In this document: one piece after another, positions 14,733 through 28,200 of the stretch
Numbering within the stretch: the stretch's first letter is position 1
Layout of the letters: every line of letters begins with the position of its first letter
NCBI GenBank assembly: GCA_951406725.2
Contig: OX597814.1
Span: 122,884,001 to 122,948,000, forward strand
Direction: 5' to 3'
Source of the DNA: Octopus vulgaris
Taxonomy: Eukaryota
DNA: 64,000 nt
Position numbers and translations under genes: made by a program
Notes under the pieces: model-generated
The model's database searches: none
What the model was told of the DNA's origin: nothing
Seen by the model: only the letters and a program-made list of their open reading frames with translations

Positions 14733-16081
14733 CATAATACATACATACATACAATGGAGGGGCTTTGTTTCTGAGTTAGAAACCATCCATTTCTCCTGTT
14801 AGAAATTCGATAAACGTAACCAAAACATCCATCCGGCCAGTCAGCTGTTCAAGAATTTGGACCTGGAGATCACCATTTCGAGCGACTTCGAGACCCATCT
14901 CCCAGTGTTGTCAGGCGTCAACGAAGAGCCCTCGACTACAACAAGACGACCAAAGTTTTTTTTTCCAAAGTCTGGGGTCTCCACCCCTAAGCCCTAGACC
15001 ATCACCTAATCACCCTTACCCGTCTTGTTACTAAACAACAACAACAACAAAATCCGGCCAGCCAGTCATGCAGACAGAAATACGTGCATAAATGCATACA
15101 TACATATATACACTCATAAAAATATACATACATGCTCTGATACACTTCCACAGTATAAAAGGGAAGTGTGACAGAAGTTTAAATTCAAGAAATCAGAGCA
15201 CGGGATAAATATATCTAATTTTCTTCGTGTTCTTTCATCACATGAACTATGAAGATCTAGAAATTTCTTTTTACTGAAAAATCTTAACTAGATTTTGTTA
15301 CAGTTCAACAATTTTGTGATTCGATGAACAAATGTATAAAATACAAGCCAAAACTTTTGTTAAGGAATCAGCAGGTTCATTTTATGTCTAAAATGGTTTT
15401 ATTTATTTTATTTCTTCTTGTATTTATTTTGGTTTTATTTTATTTGTTTAGTGTTACTTTGTGTTTTGTTGTGTTCTTTTAGAAACATCATCCTATAAAA
15501 CAATTAGTACATGTTATTAACATTTTCCTGATTGATATTTGTTGGGGCTTTTTTTACTTCCTTTGATCCGGATATTAGGCGAGTGTTGTTTCTTTTTTAT
15601 CTGACATTCACGTGCTGTGATATTTACTGATTAACGGTGACTGTAAAAAAAAATATAAACCAATTTGTCATCGAAATTTTTACTTTAATTTCGTTTATTT
15701 ACTTATTAATTCATTTATTTATTTATACATTTTTCGAGTGATATCAGTCACGCAAACCTAGTTTATGCTTTGTTGTACTAAAATGTTTCATTCTTATATT
15801 TTTATGAAGAACGTAGTGTATTGATAGAGAAAAGGAAAGAGAAGATGTACTGTACGCTTACATATATAATACAGTCAAACATACACTTAAGGAATAGTTC
15901 GAGTGAAAAACTCTTGATCAGTGATGTTTCGAAACCTACCTGCTTTTTTACTTCTAGAAAAAAAATAAAAGTAATTTGGTGCAGTTTATACATAAAGTTA
16001 GAAGGATATCTAAGACAGACACACTGTATAGATGTTGTTTAAACAGATAGGCAGTGTGTATAGGTTTCGACAGAAACTAGA

Positions 16082-16494
16082 CGGCGAGCTAGCAGAAACG
16101 GTAGCACGCCGGGCGAAATGCTAAGCGGTATTTAGTCTGCCGCTACGTTCTGAGTTCCAATTCCGCCGAGGTCAACTTTGCCTTTCATCCTTTCGGGGTC
16201 GATAAATTAAGTACCAGTTACGCACTGGGGTCGATGTAATTGACTTAATCCGTTTGTCTGTCCTTGTTCGTCCCCTCTGTGTTTAGCCCCTTGTGGGTAG
16301 TAAAGAAATAGGTATTTCGTCTGCCGCTACGTTCTGAGTTCAAATTCCGCCGAGGTCGACTTTGCCTTTCATCCTTTCGGGGTCGATTAAATAAGTACCA
16401 GTTACGCACTGGGGTCGATATAATCGACTTAATCTGTTTGTCTGTCTTTGTTTGTCCCCTCTGTGTGTAGTCCCTTGTGGGCAGTAAAGAAATA
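16082..16494 (+). mobile_element. SINE group B dimer with 10 bp TSD
   Basis: AGAAACTAGA at 16072-16081 and 16495-16504; internal junction aaagaaata|ggtatttcg at 16310/16311. Confidence 0.9.
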
Positions 16495-16504
16495 AGAAAC
16501 TAGA

Positions 16505-17420
16505 GAAATACACAATGTGCAGATGTTAGCCGGATGGATAGCAAGTGTTTGCATTTTGAGTAGGTAGACAAACACAGCGAATGGCTGTTAACTGGGTAGA
16601 TAGATATAATGTGAGGATGTTTGTTGAATAGACACAATCTGGATGTTGGATGGATAAATAGACTCTATGTGTAGATGTTGACTGGATAGAGAGACTTATT
16701 GTAATGTTGTGAACCTAATAGACTGAGCAATTTATACATTTTTAATGTAGTCATAGACGCAGCGCATAAATGTTGAGTGGATAAAGGTTGTGTGTAGATA
16801 TTGATTTCAAATTTTGGCACAAGGCCAGTAATTTCGGGTGGGGGGAGTAAATCGATTATATTGAACCCAGGGCTCAACTGGTACTTATTTTATCGTCCCT
16901 GATAGGATGAAAGGCACAGTCGGCCTCGGTGACATTTGAACTCGGAATGTAAAGACGGATGAAATGCCGCTATGCATTTCGGCCGGCGTGCTAATGATTC
17001 CCGCCAGCTTGATGCCTTAGACAGTGTCTACATATTGAATATATACACACATAGCCAATATGTGAATAGGACAGAGAGGAAAGTAACTAGATGCTGATCG
17101 GATAGAGGGACACGTGTTGATATTCATTATTTAGATAGTGCGTATATGTTGACTGGACAGACACTGTGTGTATATCTTCACTGGATTTATAGACTCAGTG
17201 TGTGTGTATATGAAGACAGGATAGATAGACACATAATGTATATGTTAATTGGAAACGTAGACACATTTTATAGATGCTGACAGTATAGTAAGACGTGTGT
17301 AGATATAGACTTAGTAGTAATTGGATATGTAGACGGGCTTTGAACAAACAGATATAATGTCCAAATAACTATTGGATTTATAGTTAGATCGATAAATATT
17401 GTGTACAGATGGCCAGTGGA
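16505..17420. repeat. Degenerate ~30 bp minisatellite (gtgtagatgttgactggatagatagacac-like)
   Basis: Recurrent tgtagatgttgactggata / gatagacac motifs, interrupted by a SINE at 16803-17018. Confidence 0.6.
16803..17018 (-). mobile_element. SINE group B monomer with alternative tail (ggccttgtgccaaaatttgaaa)
   Basis: Same head and core as the dimers but a different 3' end. Confidence 0.8.
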
Positions 17421-17450
17421 TAGCCTCGGGATTTACATGTAGACCTAAGA

Positions 17451-17518
<68 letters not shown>

Positions 17519-17519
17519 G

Positions 17520-18420
<901 letters not shown>

Positions 18421-18854
18421 ACATAAAGTGTCCAGACCATTTATCACATTGTATTTACGCTGATGTAAATATTAAAGCATTTAGCATAAAGTTAATTGTC
18501 TGCGAAATATTAATCGTATTAACAATAACTCCTCTCAGACAACTGGACGTTTTACTGTTTGTTAAATTGATTTTGTTTGATTTGTTTTTAATCGTGAGAT
18601 TTACGACCGGACATTAATCATTAGTTTGTTGTGTCATTAGTCCGTTGAATCAGTAGGGTATTTTGATGGTAACACGTGTCATTAGAGCCCCTTGTCATTA
18701 GAGAGGTGTTTGTTAGTTCAACGTGTGTAACTTGTCTATATTGCGATTTGATTGTTCTGCTGTAACACTGCCGGTTCGTTAGAGTTTTAGCTGTATAATA
18801 GAACGATGCGGTTGAAGTCAGGTTTGAAGAGTTGTGGCTTAATACTTGCGAGTA

Positions 18855-19421
18855 TTGGCTTGTCCGGAAAGTTCGTACCGATTTTTTAAGGCAAGTAAAA
18901 GGTCACTAAATACATGTCATTACATTTTCAATCAACCAAATAGGAAACATTTTGTTGCACAATGCGTGCCCATCTTTCCTTTAACTTGAAAATACCTTCT
19001 TCCCAGAATTGAGGTGGCTTCAGGGCAAAGAACTCATCAAGGTATGTTTTTTACATCATCCAAGGAATTGAAATTTTTACCATTAAGACTATTCTGCAGA
19101 GACCTGAATAAGTGGAAATCCGAAGGAGCAATATCTGGTGAATACGGAGGGTGGGGTAACACATCCCAGCCGAGCTGCAACAATTTTTGTCTGGTTCCCA
19201 AAGCATCAAGTGCCAAAAATGAACTTTCTTATCTTCCATTTTAAAGGGTTACAGAATTAACACAGGTTATAGGAACATAAACATTCTTTCACGAAAAGAT
19301 AGCTTAAACTGTGCTTTAAATGGAGGTGTAGTCAAATCCTATTTTATGGACTCAACCATGTTCTAAAATAAGTCGAAAGGTAAGCTGCTATAAATCGGCA
19401 CGAACTTTCCGGACAACCCAA
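18855..19421 (-). mobile_element. Internally deleted mariner (MITE-like), TA TSD
   Basis: TIRs ttggcttgtccggaaagttcgtaccgattt / aaatcggcacgaactttccggacaacccaa, each flanked by TA; minus strand keeps MEDKKVHF.. fused to GWDVLPHPPYSPDIAPSDFHLFRSLQN. Confidence 0.92.
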
Positions 19422-19799
19422 TAAAGTGTGGACTGAAAGGATTTCTAAGGGATTGTAATTTTGGAAGCGAAGAACTGGGTAAATGTCTTTACGTGAGTGA
19501 GACTTAGTGACTGTAACAAGACAAGAAAAAATTAGGCATGGTGGCCTTGGTGGTGGGATAAGACAAGCTGAGATAATCAGAGATCGTGGAAATATAGACA
19601 GATTATGGAGAGAAGAAACAGGAGTAAATAATAGCCTTTTGTATAGCATTTTGGACGTGATCCAGACTGTTTGTGTGGCAGCAGTATCACTGTTCGATAC
19701 ACAGTAATTCAGTACCAGCATCACCACATCATATACGTGAGCATCATTTCAATTTTACAATTCAATAATTACTGAATGGTACTTCAGTGTGAGTACTAT

Positions 19800-19950
19800 C
19801 TGTGTGGTAAGTAGCTTGCTTACCAACCACATCGTTCCGGGTTCAGTCCCACTGCGTGACACCTTGGACAAGTGTCTTCTGCTATAGCCTCGGGCCGACC
19901 AAAGCCTTGTGAGTGGATTTGGTACACGGAAACTGAAAGAAGCCCGTCGC
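19800..19950 (+). mobile_element. SINE group A 5' part (tRNA head + CORE-like)
   Basis: tgtgtggtaagtagcttgcttaccaaccac..ccttggacaagtgtcttct..ggaaactgaaagaagcccgtcg. Confidence 0.85.
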
Positions 19951-19995
19951 ATTTATGTATATATATATATGTATATATATATGTGTGTATATATA

Positions 19996-20377
19996 TACTC
20001 TTTTACTCTTTTACTCTTTTACTCTTTTACTTGTTTCAGTCATTTGACTGCGGCCATGCTGGAGCACCACCTTTTAGTACTTATTCTATCGGTCTCTTTT
20101 TGCCGAACCGCTAAGTGACGGGGACGTGAACACACCAGCATCGGTTGTCAAGCAATGCTAGGGGGACAAACACAGACACACAAACACACACACATATACA
20201 TATATATACATATATACGACAGGCTTCTTTCAGTTTCCGTCTACCAAATCCACTCACAAGGCATTGGTCGGCCCGGGGCTATAGCAGAAGACACTTGCCC
20301 AAGATGCCACGCAGTGGGACTGAACCCGCAACCGGTTGGTTGGTTAGCAAGCTACTTACCACACAGCCACTCCTGCG

Positions 20378-20379
<2 letters not shown>
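19996..20379 (-). mobile_element. SINE group A (tRNA/CORE-like, CR1-like tail)
   Basis: Near-complete copy ending in (GAGTAAAA)n on the minus strand; inverted relative to 19800-19950. Confidence 0.88.
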
Positions 20380-20437
<58 letters not shown>

Positions 20438-20441
20438 CATA

Positions 20442-20535
<94 letters not shown>

Positions 20536-20929
20536 CTAGCAGTATCGCCCGGCGTTGCTCGGGTTTGTAAGGGAAATAATTATATAAGCATTTTTAGAGA
20601 TGTAAAGTATTATAGCCATCTCAATATGGCTAACCACAAAGGGGGAGGGGTGTTACTGTAGCTTTTTACGTTCTGAGATTTAATAATAAATTTTAGAGAG
20701 TTACTTCCCTTATATATGTCAAAAATGGATTAAAAATGGGAAAAATTGATGGTAAATTTTTTTTAAATCGTAGACTCATCGTAGACGCGCGCTAATACCC
20801 AGACGGTCTCGATATGAATCACGACTATAAGATACCCGGTTTTGGTTAAACTGCACCGCAAAATGTGGGAGTACTTAGGAATCTAAATCGTAGGAGACAG
20901 ACACACAACCTCACTTTTATATATAAAGA
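20536..20929 (-). mobile_element. Non-autonomous Helitron
   Basis: Minus strand: A|TCtttatatataaaagtgagg ... hairpin cccgagcaacgccggg ... CTAG|T. Confidence 0.85.
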
Positions 20930-21025
20930 TTTCCTCTATTTACATAATATTGAGGTCTCTTTCTTTCTTTTGTTATCTTACTGTTTTTACCAATATACAT
21001 ATATATATATATATAAATATATATA

Positions 21026-21350
21026 TAGTTACAGAGATGTACTTGCATAGCAAGTGACTTGATCTGAGATCGTGTGCTGGAATGAAAACAGTTGCAGCGT
21101 TGAAGGTGTTTATAAGCCATTTAAGAAACACACAAAAACCGTTAGATTCACTTCAACATTTAAATTTAATTTGTCAAAATATTCTCATCGCTTTGAGACC
21201 GCGACCTGTTAGCACGATATTTTTGTCAGTGAACAGGTCGCGGTCTCAAAGCGACGAAAATATTTTGGCAAATTAAATTTAAATGTTGAAGTGAATGCAA
21301 CGGTTTTTGTGTGTTTCTTAAATGGCTTACAAACACTTTCCACGCTGCAA
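21026..21350. mobile_element. (TA)n-flanked PLE-like fold-back element
   Basis: 21092-21210 is a close reverse complement of 21232-21350 (about ten mismatches) with a 21 nt loop. Confidence 0.75.
21222..21272 (+). ncRNA. Minimal hammerhead ribozyme motif, G3:C8 core variant
   Basis: tttgtca-GTGAACA-g-gtcgc[ggtctcaaa]gcgac-GAAA-ATAT-TT-tggcaaa: 7 bp stem I, 5 bp stem II, palindromic AATATT stem III. Confidence 0.6.
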
Positions 21351-21424
21351 TATATATGTACACATATATATATATATGTATGTATGTATGTATGTGTGTA
21401 TATGTGTATGCATGTATGTGTGTG

Positions 21425-21645
21425 TGTGTGCGTGTCTGTGCTTGTGATTGTCCTCCACCACTGCTTGACAACGAATGTTGGTTTGTTTACATCCCTGTCA
21501 CCTAGTGGTTTGACAAAGGAAACAGATAGAATAAGTACAATGCTTACAAAAATAAAACGAGTTGATTCATTAAACTACAATTCTTCAAGGCATTGCCCCA
21601 GCATGGCCACAGACCAATGGCTGGAAAAAGCAGAAGAATAAAAGA
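21425..21645 (+). mobile_element. SINE group A 3' fragment
   Basis: gcttgacaacgaatgttgg..gatagaataagtac..ccagcatggccacag tail. Confidence 0.65.
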
Positions 21646-21713
21646 ATACATTCTCTGCTTTGGTCTTATGTTCAAGGCATGAGAAAGCTTGAGTTTACAT
21701 GAGAAGGCCTAAC

Positions 21714-22193
21714 AGACCTGGTAGAAACAGCAGCCAAATCTCCCTCAAATCACACCTTACTGTCTTATGTATGTATATATATATGAGCCAATGAGGGGGA
21801 CCTCTACATGGTAGCTAGACCTGGTAGAAATAGCAGCCAAATTTCCCCCAAATCACACCTTACTGTCTTATCTATGTATATATGTATGTATGAGCCTATG
21901 AGGGAGACCCCTACATGGCAGCTAGACCTGGTAGAAATAGCAGCCAAATTTCCCCCAAATCACACCTTACTGTCTTATCTATGTATATATGTATGTATGA
22001 GCCTATGAGGGAGACCCCTACATGGCAGCTAGACCTGGTAGAAATAGCAGCCAAATTTCCCCCAAATCACACCTTACTGTCTTATCTATGTATATATGTA
22101 TGTATGAGCCTATGAGGGAGACCCCTACATGGCAGCTAGACATGGTAGAAATAGAAGCCAAATCTCCCTCAAATCACACCTTACTGTCTTATC
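21714..22193. repeat. 107 bp tandem repeat, ~4.5 copies
   Basis: Unit starts agacctggtagaaa at 21714, 21817, 21924, 22031 and 22138; central copies identical. Confidence 0.95.
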
Positions 22194-22739
22194 TTTCTGC
22201 TACTTGGATATAGGTGTTATATTCGTAGTAAAAACTTTCCTGTCACACACTCACGCACACGCACACACACACACACACACCCTCACACACACACACACGC
22301 GCACACCCACACACACCCACTCACACACACCCACTCACACACACGCACGTTAGCTTACAATTTTATTTATATATTTGCGTGTCTGTGTGGAAAGAGGAAG
22401 TGGGAGGCAGAGTGAAAGAATCACTCACTACAGTAAGTCAATTACTTTCATTTTATTCGTTGCCCACTGTGTGTGTGCGTTTGCGTGTGCTGTAAACCAG
22501 ACTAAGAAAAGCATTTGACACACACACCAGAATGTGAGTTTTCTGTAAATTTTGCTTAATTGGAGTTTAAATTTTAAAAACTGGACCTGGCATGACGCGA
22601 TGCATTGTACTCTTAAAAATGCAAGGTAAATTGTAATTAAAGAAATCCTATATTGTAGATTTGTATAACTCCCAAAGGGAGGCAGATAAAATCTGCCTTT
22701 TATAATAAGAGATATATATATATATGTATATATATATGT

Positions 22740-22885
22740 ATGTATGTGTGTGTGCGTGTGTGTGTGTGGATGTTTGTGTGTCTGCGTTTGTCCCCCAACA
22801 TCGCTTGATAACCGATGCTGGTGTGTTTACGTCCCCGTAACTTAGTGGTTCGGCAAAAAAAACCGATAGAATTAGTACTAGGCTT
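22740..22885 (+). mobile_element. SINE group A 3' fragment
   Basis: tttgtcccccaacatcgcttgataaccgatgctgg..gttcggcaaa..gatagaa. Confidence 0.7.
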
Positions 22886-22987
22886 ATATATATATACACA
22901 CATACATATATATAGTGGCTGTGTTGTAAGTAGCTTGCTTACCAACCACATGGTCAAGTGTCTTCGGCAGCTGATCCGTGGGTCGTT

Positions 22988-23395
22988 CGTGTGCCGTGTC
23001 GCTAATGTCATATTATAAGGGTATTTTATTGCTAGTGCGTTGTGTTATCATTGCACTGGTTCGTTCGTGCGCTATGCCATCAATGAGCCGTATAGTTCGT
23101 GTTAGCACTTCCGTGTTATTAGCGTGTCGTTCATTAGCGCAGCATGCATTTAATGTGCCATGCCATTAGTGTGCTGAGTGACTTGTATGCTATGTTCTTT
23201 GTGTTCCGTATTATTAGTACATTGTGTCATTAAGATGCCGTGTTATTAGGGTTCTTTGATGTGGAGGTACTGAACATTTAAAGCAACGTTTCACTGAGCT
23301 AAAAGCATCATTATGGTGCCGTGTCGATAGTGTACAGCGCCATTATGCTGCCAAGGTATTAAAGTGGATGTATTATTAGACTGAATTAGTGTTAT
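22988..23395. repeat. Degenerate ~15-16 bp minisatellite (gtgccgtgtcattag-like)
   Basis: Recurrent ccgtgttattag / gtgtcatta / gccattag units. Confidence 0.55.
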
Positions 23396-23439
23396 TAAAC
23401 CACTCTCTATGCACTACAATTTACAGTTAATATTAATAT

Positions 23440-23778
23440 TGGTTTCAAATTTTGGCCCAAGGCCAGCAATTTCCTGGGAGGGAGTTAGTCGATCATATCA
23501 TGCCCATTGCTCATCTGGTACTTATTTTATCGATGCCGAAAGAATGAAAGGCAAAGTCGACCTCAGCATAATTTGAACTCAGAATGTAAAGGCGGACGAA
23601 ATACCTATTTCTTTATTGCCCACAAGGGGCTACACATAGAGGGGACAAACAAGGACAGACAAACGGATTAAGTCGATTACATCGACTCAGTGCATAACCG
23701 GTACTTAATTTATCGATCCCGAAAGGATGTAAGGCAAAGTAGACCTCGGTGGAATTTGAGCTCAGAACGTAGCGACAG
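23440..23778 (-). mobile_element. SINE group B heterodimer (Tx1-like-tail unit followed by alternative-tail unit)
   Basis: Junction gaaatacc|tatttcttt at ~23605; downstream unit ends ggccttgggccaaaatttgaaacc. Confidence 0.82.
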
Positions 23779-24389
23779 ACGAAATACCGTTAAGCATTTT
23801 GCTTGGGATGCTAACCACTCTACCACCTTGCCGCCTTACCACTACTTTTAATATTGTTACCTAAACTAAAGTACCAGTTAAGTATGGGAATAATTTAATC
23901 GACAATACCCTCCCTGAAAATGTGTGGCCTTGTGCCAATGTTGAAAATCAATTTCATTATCTAAAATACACCAACGGCGTACTAAACAATTTCTCTCGGA
24001 GTTATGAACGAAATCAATCAATCAGTCTACTGCGCATGTGCTGTACACCGATTACCAAAACCTTCTCTTTCAGACATTGGTATATAAATAGAAAGTATGA
24101 AACTACAGATATAATTCTGTAGATATAAACTATAGATATAATTCTATTACATAAGTTTACGGTCAGCGCTTCTCTCATAATTAAATTATCAATTAATCAT
24201 ATTCCCCGGCATAACTCAATGTTTTTCACGAACATTTCCATACAGTAAGATTAGCTACAACAGGGCGAGCGAGTAATCGCGAAGATTATATTTCTACTGT
24301 CAAAATATAACTTTAGCTATACTTCTGAGAATCTAGAAAATATCCAGAGTTGTCTTTCTTGTTTGTTCTACCAAACAATAGTAAACCAA

Positions 24390-24780
24390 TCTATATATAT
24401 AAAGCTGAAGTTGTCTGTGTGTGGCAGGTTTGGTAGCCTTCAACTAACACAATCTCCTCAGACAGCCGGCGGTGCAAGTTGACCAAAATTGAGAGTATGG
24501 TAGAAGAAGGCTTGCTCTTCCTTCCGTAGAAGATAAAATTCAAATCGGACCGTGTTAAGACCAAAAATTATTTACATAAGAAGGGAGCTTTTTTTTTCTA
24601 TGAAAACCCCTATTTTTTACGATTTTTTGACTGTTGTGTCACCATTTTTCGGTGTATTACAACCAGAAAAATGTTCACTTAAAGAGAATAACAAGCTACA
24701 AAATGCAAAATTTTTACTTTTCAAAAATTCCAATTCTAACGGGTGGAACAAACCCGAGCAACGCCGGGCGATACTGCTAG
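24390..24780 (+). mobile_element. Non-autonomous Helitron
   Basis: A|TCtatatatataaagctgaag ... cccgagcaacgccggg hairpin ... CTAG|T. Confidence 0.88.
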
Positions 24781-25040
24781 TTTCTGATATTCTTTAAAGA
24801 TCTCTGTGATTATGAAATCACTGTAGATACTGTGATTATTTCTGGTGTTAAAAACATTGGAATTAATATCAGATATGAATGTTATTACTTAATTAATTTT
24901 AATGGTTTATTTAATCAAAATAATCAAAATAGTTTATCAAAATATTTGTGTGTGAAAAACAATAACTTCCATAGTAACTACTAAAGGTTGTCCAGGCTTT
25001 TCAAATGAAGAACTCTAATATAGGGTGGAAGTAGAACACA

Positions 25041-25458
25041 TATTTCTTTACTGCCCACAAGGGGCTACACACAGAGGGGAGAAACAAAGACAGATAAACG
25101 GATTAAGTCGATTACATCGACCCCAGTGCGTAACAGGTACTTATTTAATCGACCCCGAAAGGCTGAAAGGCAAAGTTGACCTCAGCGGAATTTGAACTGA
25201 GAACGTAGCGGCAGACGAAAATACCTATTTCTTTACTACCCACAAGGGGCTAAACACAGAGAGGACAAACAAGGACTGACAAACAGATTAAATCGATTAT
25301 ATCGACTCCAGTGCGTAACTGGTATTTAATTTATCGATCCCGAAAGGATGAAAGGCAAAGTCAACCTCGGCGGAATTTGAACTCACAACGTAGTGCCAGA
25401 CGAAATACAGCTACGCATTTCGCCCGACGTGCTAATGTTTCTGCCAGATCGCCGCCTT
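25041..25458 (-). mobile_element. SINE group B dimer
   Basis: Two units, junction near 25225; imperfect TSD tggaagtagaacaca / tggtagtagaataca. Confidence 0.87.
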
Positions 25459-25987
25459 ACATGGTAGTAGAATACAACCCTTTGCTGTCTTGTTTTGAGG
25501 CTCCCGCCTAAAAAGAATCATGTTGAGTCTCTGTGTCGTCGATAGATCAGCTTGTAGCAACTGCTAAATCTCTTTCAAAACGTGTACTGGCGTTCTTTAA
25601 AAAAAGCGAAGGATACACTCCCAAAATGTAAACCTGGATATTTAGATTATGTGATGATCAAGGCTGAATGTCTTTAATCATATGGCTACTCGATTGAAAC
25701 TGACTGTTAACAACAATAGCATCAACATCAATGGCAATATTTGAAACAAGCACCAGTGCCTTAAATTATTTTTAAAGCTGAACGAGCTGACACCGCAACA
25801 AATGCCAAATTGTTTTCCTAGTGTCTCAAACTTAAAGTTCGCCATTAGCTTGACACGTGTGCCTTTATCCTGACAGGCACTGACTATTACATAAGCGTTC
25901 AGTGCCGCCTACAGAATTACCATTCTCAGAGCGTGCAATCGAATTCCAATAGCTTTTATGATTCTACTAAGGTCAGGACTAAAATGT

Positions 25988-26200
25988 TGGTTTCAGGTGT
26001 TGGTACAAGGCCAGCAATTTCCTGGAAGGGTTAAGTTGATTATATCCACCCCCAGTGCTGAACTAATATTTACTTTATCGACCACGAATGGATGAAAGGC
26101 AAAGATGACTTCGGCGAAATTTGAACTCAGAACGTAAAGGCGGACGAATTGCAGCTAAGCTAACGTTTCTGTCCGGCGTGCTAACGTTTCTGCCAGCTCG
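25988..26200 (-). mobile_element. SINE group B monomer, alternative tail
   Basis: ggatgaaaggcaaag..tttgaactcagaacgta..ctaacgtttctgccagctcg. Confidence 0.78.
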
Positions 26201-26423
26201 TTGTTTTTAATAACTTAAATATCACAACCAACGACGTGGTCCTCCTGACAAAATATTTTTTTCACACTCTACAATATGTAGCAAAAGGATACACACGAGC
26301 TTCAAATGGTTATCATTCATTTTTTCTTCTTTTAATCTTGCTTACTTCTTTTCCTTTTCCTTTTTTTCGGCGTACAATTCACTGTTCAAATCATTTATTT
26401 CTTTGTGTGTGTGTGTGTGTGTG

Positions 26424-26869
26424 TACTCTTTACTCTTTTACTCTCTTACTTGTTTCAGTCATCTGACTGCGGCCATGCTGGAGCACCGCCTTTAGTCGAG
26501 CAAATCGACCGCAGGACTTATTCTTTGTAAGCCTAGTACTTATTCTATCGGTGTGTTTTGCCAAACCACTAAGTTACGGATAAATAAACACGCCAGCATC
26601 GGTTGTCAAGCGATGTTGGGGGGGACAATCACACACACACACATATATACACACGCATGCATGCATATATATATATATATACATATATACGACGGGCTTC
26701 TTTCAGTTTCCGTCTACCAAATCCACTCACAAGGCTTTGGTCGGCCCGAGCCTTTGGCCGGCCCGAGACTTTAGTAGAAGACACTTGCCCGAGGTGCCAC
26801 GCAGTGGGACTGAACCCGGAACCATGTGGTTGGTAAGCAAGCTACTTACCACACAGTCACTCCTACGCC
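26424..26869 (-). mobile_element. SINE group A, full length
   Basis: Head, CORE-like block, internal microsatellite and tail present; small internal duplication at ~26735-26768. Confidence 0.88.
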
Positions 26870-27657
26870 TATGTGCCTACATTTTGTCCATCACTTTTCG
26901 AATTTCCATCTATTTGTTATAACTTCTCACGTTGTCCATCTGTCTGTCTCTTATTCCCTCGTTCCATTTATGCTATTCCATTTATCATTTTTCATATTAT
27001 ATTATATTGTTTTTTTCCTTTCATTAGAGAGAATATGACGGATGGTAAAAATGAAAGGAAGTGATAGTGGGTAATCATTTTATATCAAATAATCTCAAAG
27101 TCTAGCAATTGAATATCATTTGATATTGCTTATGAAATTATTATTCCACTGGTATTTTATTCCGACTAAATCTGATACGAAAATAGTAAACCACAACCTG
27201 AGATAAAGTAACAGAAGAAATATTGGTGATTAATATATGGTAGTGTACACTGATGAAAATCGCTTTAGTGTTTAGTTATTAGAGATTGAACAGTAGCTTG
27301 GTGATTGGTCCGTTTCTTGTGACCATTACTGCTCTGTGTCTATGAGAGAGATATTCAATTCATATCAACGACACTGTCCATACAATGTAAATAGAAAGAG
27401 ACGTCTGAAATTATGTGAGAGAACTGGTGCTCTGGTTTTTGTTTTGTTTTTGTTTTTTAATTTTTGTTGTTTTTTTTGTGGTTGTTAGCCTCGGGCAGGA
27501 GTAGATCTATCGAATTCATTCCTTTTGTAACCGTTCCAGCTTTCTTTTTTCTCATTCAGACATATCAATTGCGAATCTAGAACAAGATCCAATATGTTCT
27601 TTATTTTACAACTGCACAGTATGGTATGAGGATGATTTGGCAGCTATTTTCTTGTGA

Positions 27658-27998
<341 letters not shown>

Positions 27999-28200
27999 TT
28001 ATGCCCATGTTAGTTTCTGATCCAGTACACCTATAGACAAAGATATCCCAACAGTGATTAGTTCGTCTATATTATTCAGGCAGAGAGTATATAGAGCTAA
28101 AAGAACCTTCCTGTCCTTGATGGAATTTAAAATTGATTTTGGTTGCTATACCTAGCTGCCTATGCGAGCATTTAGAGCTTACCTCATCTTTAATCTTGGC

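Noticed and set aside
21714-22193. Regular repeat array resembling CRISPR
   Set aside because: Units are contiguous with no unique spacers, and the DNA is eukaryotic with no cas genes.
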